Shown piece after piece: positions 30,502-62,530 of a stretch of DNA of 64,000 nucleotides (positions within the stretch are counted from its first letter, which is position 1; each line of letters begins with the position of its first letter). The DNA is taken from NCBI GenBank assembly GCA_963693365.1, contig CAVNZM010000014.1:2232001-2296000 (forward strand). The letters are read 5' to 3'. The position numbers were made by a program, and so were the translations under genes. This DNA is from Amoebidium appalachense. Its lineage: Eukaryota > Protista > Ichthyosporea. The notes beneath the pieces are model-generated. The model saw nothing but the letters and a program-made list of their open reading frames with translations. It had not been told where the DNA came from and did no database searches.

Positions 30502-31708
30502 ACCCACCCACTCACCCACCCACCCACACGCGCGCGCGCACACACACACACACACGCACACACGCACACGCACACGCACACGCACACACACACACACACG
30601 CACACACGCACACATGCACACACACACACACACACACACACACACCAGACCGCTCTTTTTTGTTTTTGCTTTTTGGCGCCAATCCAACCGTCGCGTATTG
30701 TATGCGTACACTGTGGCTGTACACATGGCTGTACGAGTGTAACGTGCCACGCCAGAAGTGCGGCCTGTTGGGAGCTGGTGCAACAACCGACAACACTGCC
30801 AAAGTCTGCGACAGCTGCTCAACAGTGATTGGCTCAGAGGACCACCCACGCTGCACCGCATTCCTTTACTCAAGCCCTGGCATTCCAGATTTCATCGTGT
30901 TCCCCAGCTTCCTGTTGTAAGTATCAAAACCAAGTACAGCTACACGAAAAAGATAAAGTCTCTCGAAAATCAATCATTTATAGGATAATTTCGTGTATTA
31001 ATCCTCTGGCTGTGCTTTGATGGCTAATGGCAACGCTTGCCTCCACCTACAACCCGACGTAAGCACGTACTGCCCGGATTCTCCCATCAGATCAATGGAA
31101 TCATGGCATGTAGTCATCTATTCGATTAAAGTCATGCATTGTAATAGCTATGCCGAAAAAGATCCATCTGGCAGGTTTTGATTGGTGGGAATGCAAATTG
31201 CGATCTTGAAGTTATAGATCGGCATGCCAGCTGGTGTCATGCGTAAGAACACGGACATCAGGTGGCCTTGTGTCACTCAAAAGTAACTCAAGCGATCTAG
31301 GAATATAAGAAGGAATAAGCATTAACAGATCGGTGTTGTATGCTTTTGAATGCAGAAATATCAACGAATCTTCAAATGCGCTTCTTTTTAAGAAAATAAA
31401 AACCTTATCACCGATGAATCTCTATCAACAGTTTGTCATATCAGTTGTGCTGCACGCTATTAGTTAAACGTTAAACGCGGACATGCCCTCATATATAACC
31501 GCAGCCCGAGCAGCCACGGAGAGCACAAGCCCTGCAGCTACGTTTTCCAAATGAGATCAGATCTATTAACAGTCAAGCCAGCAAGCAAGCCCATGCTCTC
31601 TCAACGCACACCCACGCCTGATTTCCGTTCTATCACACCACATCTTCATCACTAGCAGGCGAAAAACTTGGCGTGTTTTCCCCGCGCGGCGTTTTGTATT
31701 AAACCAAC

Positions 31709-32296
31709 ATGACTGTGGACATACTTCGTTCGTCAAGCCACGACGTGGATAGACTCCCAAACATGTCTCACAACTTTAATGCGCTGAACCTTAGGCAATA
31801 TTCTGCCTTTGGAGCGAACAAACCCAGAAAACACACGTGTTTGCGTACAGAGTACGATGATCTCTACACACCTTCGATAACAACATCATCCGCATTGAAA
31901 GTAATCCTTTTGGAGTTAGGAGGAGACCAAAAAACACAGTCCCAAATCCACACACCCGACTCCGCTCGTCTGCACGAAACAAAAACAGGTCTCAAAAACG
32001 CAAAAGGTTACATGAACACTCCAGTTGGAAACGGTAGTTACATTCCCTCCATGCCAATAATCAGTGAAGGGGATGATTCGGACAACATTGCTAGTGAGCA
32101 CGATGAATGTGCGAGTGCGGCAGAGTTTAAAAATACACACACCCACTTGCAGGCACGACCAATACATCAGATACGGGTCATGTCCGGTACACTTGCTGCT
32201 GCAAACGCCTACTTGTCGCGCAAAAAACCGTCAATGATGGCTAAGACAACGAGGGAGGTAATTGCCGAGGAGGAGGAGGAGGAAGTAGAATGCTAG
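31709..32296 (+). CDS. Hypothetical single-exon 195-aa protein with acidic C-terminus
   Basis: Clean ORF in microsatellite-free sequence, with a TATA-like tatataa at ~31492. No recognisable domain. Confidence 0.55.
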   Translation: MTVDILRSSSHDVDRLPNMSHNFNALNLRQYSAFGANKPRKHTCLRTEYDDLYTPSITTSSALKVILLELGGDQKTQSQIHTPDSARLHETKTGLKNAKGYMNTPVGNGSYIPSMPIISEGDDSDNIASEHDECASAAEFKNTHTHLQARPIHQIRVMSGTLAAANAYLSRKKPSMMAKTTREVIAEEEEEEVEC

Positions 32297-33499
32297 AAGT
32301 TAGTTATGTATCCAAGGGCATAACACACAGAGAAGTGCCTATGTACCCGCCACACCACCAGACACACACGCGTGGACGTAATATTATCAAAGATCTGCCC
32401 CTGCATCTTTGAAGTCGCGGGTATACACTGCAGCACTGTCCGGTTTTCAATCTTTTTGAAACAGCAACACAAGGGCCATTAAAAAAGAATGACTCATTTA
32501 TTGAAGTTGCAGTGGTTGGGAAGAAGTGTACAGTGAGACCTCTTTGTAAGTTCGTGGTCTTGATGCCGAAATTACTGAGCTATGTCGAGTGGCAGTGTCA
32601 GGCAGCTTGATTTATCATATGTTGATCGTATGCTCAGGTTTTGGTCAGCCAGCAGAAGAGTTGAACACTTTTGTGTATATATAAACTCAGTGTCGGGAAA
32701 CAAGGAGTTGAAAGTCTCGAAAGTGAACGAATGGTTGGTTTTTTGTATCATCTTGTAAACTATTATTACAGCACCATTTTTCACAACTTGTATAATATAT
32801 CCACTGTTTACAGTGACTAAGGAGACTTGGTTTGTATTGTACGTATTCAGTGGTTCATAGACGTTGCATAGTCCTTTGTGATACTGTATACTTGCGGTGC
32901 ACCACCGTATCGTTGAGCTCAGCCCCTGTGGCTGGAGTAATAATTATACCTGATAAAGGTTTTGACTATTGCAGCGTGGCTGGTGCCACAGCAATAAAAC
33001 AAACATAGTACGAACTACGGTACTCGATCGAGAGCTGCTAAGCCTTGCTCCCAACTGCACTTTTGGCTGGCTCTAACATTAGTCTATCATGTTAACTTTG
33101 CATTGTGCGTTCGGGGAAGCAACATCCTCCTGTAAATTCACTCTTACTCGTACATTTGACAACGTGTGAGCACTGTTGCTTGCAAATCGAGTGAGTGTAT
33201 CATAAATAAGCTCGACTAGTCGAATGCTGTATTTTGAACGTGTGCCAGTTTTCGTTCCAAGTTAAATTACTTGGCTGTGTGGTTAGCACACCATGCAGTG
33301 TACGTACACATACGCTATTCCAAAACCACGAGAGTTTTTCATGGCTCGATAGTTTACGTACTTTCGAAAGTTTATCTTCATGCAATACATTTTGAACTCC
33401 TCCGGGTCACTGGCCGACTTGAGACGATCATGTGCTCCCCCCCCTCCCCCCCCCGCAGCGCCCGCCACTTTGAAAATACACGACACATGCACACACTCT

Positions 33500-33537
<38 letters not shown>

Positions 33538-34663
33538 CCGCACGCACACAGGCACGCACGCAGGCACGCACGCACATACACACACAGTGCCGCAGAGGTA
33601 CCATGGTCAACAACTGGCCCTCCTTCCGCGAATGTCCACACTGTGCACCAATGCCATCCGCTGCTGTCGCACTGCCGGGCACCAAAGATCCCCCCCCACC
33701 CTTTCCTGGCCCCTTCCCCCCCCCGCCCATTCACCCACCCAAACACCCACACCTTGGACACCACTGTTACCACTAGCATCACAACCACCCACCCACCAAC
33801 TCATGCACATGACTGGCACGGTATATGTACAGCTAGTAGACATTGCAGTTGCCCACACGTAAAGCCTGATGTAACATTACATGGCTAATAATATTAACAC
33901 CGATTTCCACTCTCGAAACACTTGGAAAATACAAAGGAATAATGTGCTAATCAAGTCGAAATTTTGACCAGGCTTAGTAAACAGAAGTTGAGGGGCTTCA
34001 TATGTGCATTCATTTAGTCTTACAATAGTGCCAACACTTTTGGAACACCCAGTCGATACTGAAAATACGGTTACATATTATGTGGCTGAATCGCCTCTTG
34101 CTTACAACTACTTCTTACAGCATTCTTAAACAATCGAAGTTTCGGTATATTCTATGCAAAACGGAGTCGTGCAAGGCCCTGAATAGGACAATAGGAACCA
34201 AACAAAAAAAAACCCAGAAAGCATATTAAAAATTTATTTAAAAGCACAGCACTATGTACAATTACTTTATCGACCAGCATTCCCTTCAGAAGCACGATGC
34301 GTCAGAGAAGCACCTGAATCGCACAATGCGATTGGTCCAAACCCGTAACAACCGTAAAAGGTCTTCATACCAACCAATCAAATATATCAGAAGCCGACGT
34401 TTTTCGTAGCCCTCCCTATGCAGCCACCGTCTAATACGTCTATTACCACCCAATAGCTTTCAAGCAGAACAAACACATCACTAAGAGATATCATTCCTGC
34501 ACCAACCAAAACTTTGTTACTTCTTGAAATACGTTTCTCAACAACCATCTCAATGTGTCTACTACAGCGGCGATTGTACTACAGGTCCATTTTAGAACCT
34601 GATTGTATGATGCCCCGATCCAAGTTAAAATTTATTACAAAGATTAAAATATATAAAAAATTA

Positions 34664-48417
<13,754 letters not shown>

Positions 48418-49500
48418 TCTCGATGTGTATTTAGTTACGAAGTATGTGTGGCATGAACAGATCAAAGCTTCCTAAAGTCTCAAGTTAAGCAACTTGAGCT
48501 GCAAGATTGACGAAGCACAACGGCCTAACTGCTTTTATAAATTAGAAAGAGCAACATTGGTGTGGCATCCTCTTTTGTTTTGGAGCCATAAACAAAAACA
48601 GGTGTTGGGCGAAAAAGGTGGAATTCCAGGGAAAGATCAATCCTAAAGGAGCCGAGAAGGTGGAAGCACCAGAAAAATCGAAACTAAGTAAGTGTGTGCC
48701 CAGCAATTTAACCACCAAGAAGTCATGTAGAAATCTATACCTTCTCCCTTGTGCTTTGTCACCAGGCAAAATAGAAAGTTTCAGAACGTAAACAAAAACA
48801 ACACAAGCACATAGTATCTTAGATGACACTGCTGACTGACTGATGACTCAATACTATAGTCTACCAACGGTATCCTAAATACTAAAATTCTTGAGCTTTT
48901 TCTTATTGACGCGATGGTACTCTTTACATCACGGGCATGTGTACTAGTTTGTAGCAGTTGGCGCGCGGAATTGGCCAATGGTTGCATGATCCGCACGAGC
49001 AGTCATGATCAACTTGCACAAGGTTGAAAAAGCTACACATGCGGCCATCTGTATATATCAAAACAATAAAAAAAGTAGGAATATACTGATGATGTGCTTT
49101 TTTGGTCTCCTTTTGTGGGGAAAGCAGTGTTAGCCTTGGTGTTGGCACCTCTTTAGAGCCCAGATGCATGTCGATAATAAACAGCACAGAACTCCCCCCA
49201 TTATTACCGAAATCTAATTGTCGTCTTATGTTTGCACGACAGTCATCGTACTGACAGCAAACGGAATTATGCCTGCTCGGCGCAAGCCTGAACACCGTCC
49301 CTCGGGCATGCGCATAGCCGGTGCTTTTTCTCTCAAATACCCTTTGTTTGTGTGCGTGGCGTGGGTGAGTGGGTTGGTGGATGTTGGCGAGAAGTGGGTA
49401 CCGGTGGGTGGGTTTTCTTTATGATGGGGAGCTCGAGGGCGAGGAGGGAGGGGGGGAGGGGGGGGGGGGGGGGGGGGGGGGGAGGGGGGGGCAGTTAGAT

Positions 49501-49571
49501 TGGGGGAGAGCGCCAAGTGTGGCCGGGGAGGGGATATTTAATAGGCTTAAACGGCGCTTTTTTTTTTTTGT

Positions 49572-49606
<35 letters not shown>

Positions 49607-49800
49607 GGGGGGAGGGGGAGGGGGGGGGGAGGGGGGAGGGGGTCATCTCTGGTGTTTGTGGGGGAGAGCGCCAAGTGTGGCCGGGGAGGGGATATTTAAT
49701 AGGCTTAAACGGCGCTTTTTTTTTTGTGGGGGGGGGGGGGGGGGGAGGGGGGAGGGGGAGGGGGGAGGGGAGGGGGTTATCTCTGGTGTTTGTGGAGGGG
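49501..49800. repeat. Tandem duplication of a ~158-bp unit
   Basis: ggggagagcgccaagtgtggccggggaggggatatttaataggcttaaacggcgc(t)n..(g)n..atctctggtgtttgtgg occurs twice. Confidence 0.9.
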
Positions 49801-50821
49801 GAAGTAGGACGTGTGTGTGTGCGTACGTGCATGCGTGCGTGCGCACGCACACATGCGCGTGTGTATTTGTGTGTGTGCACGTGCTCGCTCGCTCCCGCCC
49901 GTCTCTTTGCCGATTGTTAACGTTGGTGTCTGTGTTGCTGTGCCTGCTGTGCCGTTATTTGAGTCGGTGTGCATTATGTCACGTTCAAATTTGGGTAGAG
50001 TTGTTTCGCCTTGCATGGGTGCATACTTTGCCAATTGGGTTTATGGCTAGCTGGTTGCTCGTGTTGGGTTCGCTTTGGTGAGTTGAGATGAACAAAAACA
50101 ACGACGTGATACATACTGCTGAGTAGCTAGTATCCTTAAGGCAAACACAGTTATGGCCAACCATATTGCGATTTCGCTGCTTCAAATTTGAAAGCCTCGG
50201 GATTGTCTATGCAGTACGGTGTTGTACATGCATGCACGAATGAGCAACGTTGAAACAACCTGAACAAGAACAAGATCTACGGCTGTACTTGTACCAATAG
50301 AGGCCTTGGGCTAAAGCTGTCGTTACTGTAGCTCGCGTTGCCGTTATGAATTAAAGGTATGTGCAATTACTTTTTTCGATTAGCAGGGTTTGTTTTACCG
50401 TGCTCAAACTGAGCCCGGTTGCCGTACAACGGCCCCGTGTGAAGAAATTTACCTGTTTTGGCATCCTGCAAGGCTATCACGAAATATTCAAAAATCAAAT
50501 CATCCGAGTATCTACATAAACGAGTTGCTTCATCAAACGTACACGGGTTGCAACCCGCAGAATCATAGCCCACATCAAGGCCCCAGAAGGGTTCACGATT
50601 TTGAAAATTCAGCAATAACGAAAAGAGTTGTACACTGCCTACATACACGATGGTTGCAAAGGTACGAGAGTTGGGACCGTTGAGAAAGGAAGGTTCATCT
50701 GTACAACACAAAATATATACATACAACGTACGGTAGCGGGAGTGCCGCGGATCTATGTATATGTTTTCACATATTTCAACGCATGTATATCCATATGGTA
50801 ATTTGTTCAGTACGTTCAGAA

Positions 50822-51595
50822 CTAAAGAAACGACAGGTATCTATTTATAGTGTAGTGCAGAGTGCTTCTCTGCTGAGCGAGGTTTGCATCAGTCAACACA
50901 CGACCGACAAAATCCAGCGTGGCAATTTTCGAGAAGACAAACATGACATCGTCAGCCAATGAATTATCGCCGAGATGTGCCCCGAGCACTGCCTGCACTC
51001 TCGCTTCCACTGCCAAGAGTAATTCCACAATCTCCTCTAGCAACAGGATTACTTTTGGAGGGATCGTGTCCTGTTGCGTAAGCTGCATGGATAGGACATC
51101 GCGTACGCTCATGACCAAATTTGCTGCTTTTCGCACGCTGGCATCCAGTGACATCCACAGTGCAATCTCGACGTCGCGTTTCGTTTCATTTTCGAGGGCA
51201 TAGTGGCATACCGTAGCCAAACTGAACACTTTCTCGTATAGCTTTTTCGCTACTTTCTTCGGGTAAATGGCGGAAAACAAGTCTTTCAAACTGTCCAGAC
51301 ACTCGCGGGTGATGGGATCTATGTGTGACTTTGCCATCACCTGCCCCAGTGCACTTGTAATGAAAGAACAAGCTATGCGATTTTTGGCGCTTCCTGGGCG
51401 CATTGACCGCGGGAGTGTGCATGCTCGCGAACGGGTTGTTGATAGCGTTGGAAGCACTTCATAGTCAACACAGGATGTGGTGATTTTGGCGTCTGAAAAC
51501 GCCTCGGATTGAAACATAAGCGTCGTCATCGTTTGTGTGTTTTGGCCTCCTGCGCAATGGCGGTTGTTGGTGGCAAGGGACGTAGCGGAGGTCAT
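50822..51595 (-). CDS. TNFAIP8/TIPE-family (DUF758-like) helical protein, single exon, 257 aa
   Basis: Segments KSHIDPITRECLDSL, KKVAKKLYEKVF, VQAVLGAHL..SL..DVMFVFSKIATLDFV and LHYTINRYL occur in the same order as TNFAIP8 motifs (TLIDDTSSEVLDEL, KKEAEKIIKNL, IIQRHL..SH..VNNVFDHFSDCEFL, LCDGINKML), recalled from memory. Confidence 0.72.
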   Translation of the reverse strand: MTSATSLATNNRHCAGGQNTQTMTTLMFQSEAFSDAKITTSCVDYEVLPTLSTTRSRACTLPRSMRPGSAKNRIACSFITSALGQVMAKSHIDPITRECLDSLKDLFSAIYPKKVAKKLYEKVFSLATVCHYALENETKRDVEIALWMSLDASVRKAANLVMSVRDVLSMQLTQQDTIPPKVILLLEEIVELLLAVEARVQAVLGAHLGDNSLADDVMFVFSKIATLDFVGRVLTDANLAQQRSTLHYTINRYLSFL

Positions 51596-53675
51596 GTTGC
51601 AGTAATAATGGAAGTTATTTCTAGCTTGGTGAAAAAAAGACTACAGATGGGATATTGTAAGAAGCTTCCGGTGGCGAAGGACTCGATCGACTACTGCACC
51701 TGACGCGTTTCTTCTGTAGTATCATGCGGAACAGTACTGTAACACGGCCTTTGTCTTTGGTCTTACTTATTATCTTTGGTCTTACTCATAAAAAGAAAAG
51801 CTAAGTACCAAATTGAATGAAGGGCCCCTGTCATGCACGGCGCTTTGTGTTTTCGCTGTGGTTTTAGACGGGATGATACTGAGATCGAAAAAGTGGGGAA
51901 AGGCGGGGACGAAAGTCAAAATATGATCTCAAAAAAGCTTGTGAACAGGCGTATCTAGAGGGTTTGGCTTCAGTGGCGTGTATAGAAAGAAGCAACATGT
52001 GGTAAAAGAAAAGAAAAAGTAACTAACTAAACGTTTTCTAACTACACAAAAGGTTGACGGTCATATGCCAAGCGAATATATAGATACGTAGCATGGACAT
52101 AGTGATCCTTTTGATGACTATGCCCTGCCTACAAGTGGTGGAAGTGTTTGCTTTCGTGGCTTTCGATGAGAGGAGTGTTGCGGATAAGCATAGATAGCGA
52201 TGTGATTTGTTTGGCTTGCGAGCTTTGCTGGATCGGAAATGATGCATGCATAACGCTATGAAAATACGTAGTTAAAATTATTGCTTAATTTTAATTGTTT
52301 TCAATATATATCTATAAATTTCCTTTTGATAGCCTTGTGAAACCTTGGCGTATTAGAGATGCCCTTGTTCAATTCATCTCACCAACTTATTGTTTTTGCA
52401 TGCCTCTAACCAACTGCATACGATTGGTCAATCCACGCCTTACTGGCCTGCGGTCCAACCAATCAACAGGCGAGTCAGCATTATAGACCAGTTTGTAGTA
52501 CACTACAAATCAACTTAGTAATGAACTGCCAAAAAACCTACACTTGGGCATAAGCTCCGCATGCAGATAGCGGCGCGGGTGTGGATCAGAGATAACACCA
52601 GAAATAGGGGTGCTCTTTGATGGAAAGAACTGTTGTTTGAGGGGTGTCGTTCCGTATTTGGGCTTCATAGCTTACTATATATTAGAGATAGCTTATGCTT
52701 TTTTTGACAACAAAATAAACCGGATATATGTTCATGATCATGCAATCGATGACACCAAAGCATGCACGCTGCGCGCATACACTGTCATTCATATATATGC
52801 TAATGTTCAGCCCCTGAAATGCCCAAACCTTTAAATTGAAAAACACAAAAATTTTCATTTGGGGGGGGTAAGTACACAAGCAAGTACTCCCTTCACTCGG
52901 CATGAAGTTGGCAAAGGAATCAAAACGCTGCCGCGTATATCTATCCCTTTCATACGGGCCGGTTCAGTAATCACAGGTATACTACCGTGCAGAGACCCAA
53001 ACTGTTTTAGCGATCCGATTAGGTAGCTTTTTGGCCCGAAAGTCACTTTCCAAATTGGGAGCGATAACGATTTTCATTGGACAAAAGTTTCAGATCATAC
53101 TATATAAGGCAGCTGCGCATGGATCTAAAGGTCACTTTTGGGGGCTAACAAGGGTTCAGCGTGTAGAACGGCGGGCCGGGCCGGGTCCGGGCCCGCGCCG
53201 CCAACATGTGAACAAAATAAGAGGCCAGAAATTATTATGACACAAAATTTTATTTATTTAATTAGTATGCACCGTTCGAAAAACCACAAATTGACTGTGT
53301 GCGTCAATAAAATGCGCATCGTGTCGGCCAGCATGGGCTACACAGCAGATCTATTCAGGCTGCATGATGACTGAGCTGAGGCAGAACAGGAGTTGATGAG
53401 TACCAATATATTGTACTACCATAACGTACAAAACATCGTTGAAATTTCATGAAGCGAACCGATCAACATGCTCTGATTTACTAGAATGCGCACCTGTTTT
53501 CTTTCATGAATATGGCGTTCTCTTTTCCAGCTTTGGACAGAGTTGTACAGCGGGTGTCCTATTGTTCGAGTTTCCCGCAAGCGGTCACCAATAATTTCTC
53601 AGTGCAGAGGTTAATTCTGATTGGCTATCTAAATTTTGGAGCCTGGAGAGGATCCGGAGGGCCCTGGGCCCCCTG

Positions 53676-54009
53676 CAGGGGTGTGGCGACTTGACTTCAA
53701 GTCGCGACTTGAAGTCACCAAGCACCCTGACTTCAACCTAGTCAAGTCAAGCCCTGAGGCCGGACATAGGAGTGATGTTGATGGGGGAAGGGAGGCTTCA
53801 GTGGGGAAGCATAGGGGGGTTAGGTGGGAAGGAGGAGCGCGCGCCGCCGCGCGGCCCGCCCGTGGCTGAGCCGGCCCACGCGTGCGGACCGGAGGAGTTA
53901 CTAAAAATAGTACCCCACCAAGTCGCGACTTAAAGTCAAGTCAAGTCATCAAACCCAGCAAACAATCATAAATATATCATATAAGTCAAGTCAAGTCGTT
54001 GAGGCTCTG
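53676..54009. mobile_element. MITE-like non-autonomous DNA element (hAT-like ends)
   Basis: Imperfect 22-bp terminal inverted repeats CAGgggtgtggCGACTTGACTT and CAGagcctcaaCGACTTGACTT (reverse complement). Many subterminal CAAGT/ACTTG repeats and the palindrome aagtcgcgactt twice. A related fragment lies at 14738-14761. No TSD is visible. Confidence 0.6.
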
Positions 54010-54087
54010 CCAGCCTCAGTCATGGAAACTTCACGTGTGCCGCCAATCGTACATGCACATGTGCGTGTCTGTGCGTGCGTTTCGCGA

Positions 54088-54140
<53 letters not shown>

Positions 54141-54414
54141 CCTCTCTCTCCCTCCCCCCTCCCCCTCCCCCTCCCCCCTCCCCCTCCCCCCTCCCCCTCC
54201 CCCCTCTCCCCTCCCCCCTCCCCCCCTCTCTCACCTCTCTCCCTCTCCCTCTCCCTCTCCCTCTCCCTCTCCCTCTCCCTCTCCCTCTCCCTCTCCCACT
54301 CCCACTCCCACTCCCACTCCCTCTCTCTCTCCCTCTCTCTCTCTGTCTCTCTCTGTCTCTGTACACATACACACTGCACACATGTGCGCACACACACACT
54401 CTCATCTCTCTCTC

Positions 54415-54521
<107 letters not shown>

Positions 54522-54526
54522 AAAAG

Positions 54527-54565
<39 letters not shown>

Positions 54566-55044
54566 AGTGTGTGTGCGTGCGTGCGTGCGTGTGTGCACAC
54601 GCGTGCGTGCGGGTGAGCGTGTGCATGTGTGGGGGGGTGGGTGTATGGGTACGCGTATCATGTCCCATTTGTATCCGTGCGTGCGCTTTATAGACCATAA
54701 AGACTACATCCCCAGTTGAACACTCAAAAATGTACAGAGGATCAAACCGCACCGTGAAATTTTAAGTACAAAATCTAATAAAACCGTTGTAGCTTGATCG
54801 TATCAGGTGTCAAAGCAAGCAAGCTGGTTTCAACGAAATCAATACTTGAGGGTAAGGGATCTAGAGCATGCCACCAAAAGACATTATATAATCAGGAACC
54901 TATGAAAAACATATGTCATGGTAGATGTATGAGAGATTTATTGGAGGCATACGAGAGACTTGTGGTGATAGTAATTGAGATTGTAAGAGACAGAAGTTAC
55001 TACAGATATATGAGACGACAAGAGATACGTCATCAGAATACAAA

Positions 55045-59885
<4,841 letters not shown>

Positions 59886-60711
59886 TTTCCCGAGCGTTTT
59901 GAAAACCAAAGAAGAATAACAGAATAAAGGGTTGGAATGTGGTTTGTATAAGTGCGACTTATTTGTGCACTACACTCTAGGATATACAAAGAGCGATGTG
60001 TGCTGATCGTGAGTAACTGTTGGTTCGAAACTCAGGGGATGCCTAGAGTGAGTTTCGAGCTTCAGAAGCAGAAAAACAGCAAGGAGCAAAATTAAACTAT
60101 ATGTTTCTGTAAACACACAATAGTGATGAATTAGCATTTAAGTGAAACCTCACAGTCGATTGAAGATGCTTGTCATCTTCTATGTTCTATGATAATCGTT
60201 TTCGTTTCTAAAGAGAAAAAAAAGGTGACTGCTCTTTCTTGACACGAACTGTAAGTCTGTGACGTTCATCAGCGCGGGCATGCCTTATTAAGGCAAACAC
60301 ATTCAATTTCTATTGGTTACTAACTTGGTTTTTTACGCAAACCAAAAAATTTGCATTTTGTGCGCGCTTGAACTACAGTGCTTGCTCAAAACTTTCTGGA
60401 AGTCCTCTTCCTTTGCCACTAGCACTCAACATGAACATCAGCATGAACATCAGCTTGTGGATGTATTGCAATTGACACACGAAATAATAATTTACACACA
60501 AGAAGAGCTTAATGATAATAAGGTGGGATCTTCCATGGTTTACCGAAGCAAACATCTGTTAGCATAACATAGAAGGTTTGCTCAGAGCCTAACGCGCAAG
60601 AGTGTAATCGTCCTATAAGAGATACCAGTTTGAGACCACTTCGTTTTTGTTCCGTGCTGTTGTTAGGACACACACGCAGGTTCCTACTGAGCGCTCTTAT
60701 ATCCTTTAAAC

Positions 60712-61026
60712 ATGGGCGTTGTCGTTATATCTGGCAGGTACGGCGACTCCCCCCCCCCCGCTTCCCCCACCGCTTCCCCGCCTCCCCCTCCGGCCTCAGG
60801 CCCCCTTCTGGTGATAGCCGGTGGTCACCGTTCATCCTTTTTTTTGAGTTGCATCCCGCTCGGTGTGAACACCTCGTGATCACAAGCAATGCTTTAAGCA
60901 GACGACACGCACACCACACACACGCAGACACACACCCGCATGCATGCACACACACGTGCACGCACGTGCACGTGCACACACGCACGCACGGAAGCACACG
61001 CGCACGCACGCACACACACACACACA

Positions 61027-61084
<58 letters not shown>

Positions 61085-62060
61085 CACACACGCACACTTT
61101 TCCACGCACAGTATTTACATGTCCAACCCACTTCTAGGTAAGTGCCTGTCTTCCTTTGTGTTTTGCTTCTTCCTAACATACAACATGAACGTCCCTCGCC
61201 CGTTCGTTGGAAACATTGTAGCCAATATTTGCACACACCATTACAGCCAATATTTGCACACACCATTACAGTTGCTTCCAACCCCCTTCTCTTCAACCAA
61301 CCACAAGTAATAAATTAGCTTAGCAAGTGCTTCTTGCATTTACCGTCTTTATCGGTGACGTTTTATTCATGTGCTCTGTCATTGGCCTCCTTGTTGTAAA
61401 CTTTGCTCACGTTCGTGCTTGTTACAGGCGTTTTGACACGCGGGCCATCAAGCAACTTCTTATCCACACGGTGCTCATGGGAGCGTTGCCGATTATGTCT
61501 TACTATGCAGGACGCAACTTCTACCTAGGTGTGTAAATCAAACGTGATTTTGTGGGATACACCTGTGTTCTTTTTGCTGGGGGTTGTCCACGTTGTTATG
61601 GTGACATGGTGTTAAAGGTCGAGGGGTGGGGCATCCTAATACACAAGATTATGGGAAGTTTGCTGGTGGGTGCTTTCGGGGTGGCAAGTGGGGAAGGGTG
61701 ATTAACGGCCACATGTTGGTAGTGGTTGGAGGGGGAGGTGGGGTGGGGAGGACGGGAGGAGAGGAGTGGGGTTGAGCATGATGCTTGTGCTTTTGTGGGG
61801 CTTTTGTGTTTTAATGGTGATAAGTCGTGCTGTGCATTCTATTGCTGCAGATGCACTATGTAGGAACCATTTGAGGCCATACATTTATTGTTCTACCACT
61901 GAGCACGCAGCACGGAGAGTTTACTTTGACTTTATATGTATTTTGGTTTGTAACAGCGTAGGAGAGACTTTAGTTTACCTGTTTTGGATGGAGAGGCCGG
62001 AGGGGGAAGGACGGGGGCAGGGGCGAGGGTGGGGCTCAGTGTGTGTGTGTGTGTCTGCGT

Positions 62061-62092
<32 letters not shown>

Positions 62093-62155
62093 CGGAGTAG
62101 GAACCGTTGAAGGGCTATAGAACCTGTTGAAAGGCAAGCGTGGGCCGGGGAAAGG

Positions 62156-62193
<38 letters not shown>

Positions 62194-62496
62194 GGAATGC
62201 AGCTCAATGGTCTTTCTTCTGTTTGCTACGTTATATGGAGTGGAAGTGGGTTTGGGAGGGGTGACCAGGGGAGGAGGGAGGAGACCAAGGTTTATTCTTA
62301 GAAGGGACATACGCTGAACAGTTATGCTTGATGCTGTGCCTCGGGCTAACCGGTGCGTGTTTGTACTGTAACTACATGTGTGCACGTTAACATGGGGGGG
62401 GGGGGGGGGGGGGGGGGGAGGGGGGGAGGGGGAGGGGGGGGGGGGGGGGGGGGGGGGGAGGGGAGGGGGAGGGGGGAGGGGAGGGGGGGAGGGAAA

Positions 62497-62530
<34 letters not shown>

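Noticed and set aside
30640-30920. Cys-rich open stretch (..[18 protein letters not shown]..)
   Set aside because: No start or splice framework and no recognisable domain.
50367-50726. 119-aa minus-strand ORF
   Set aside because: It starts at a non-ATG codon, lies just downstream of the TIPE-like gene and has no recognised motif; it cannot be supported without expression data.
61850-62350. Extra exon-like stretches inside VMA21 intron 2
   Set aside because: The 61528-to-63534 join already gives a complete in-phase two-TM protein; the inserts would add stops or disrupt topology.
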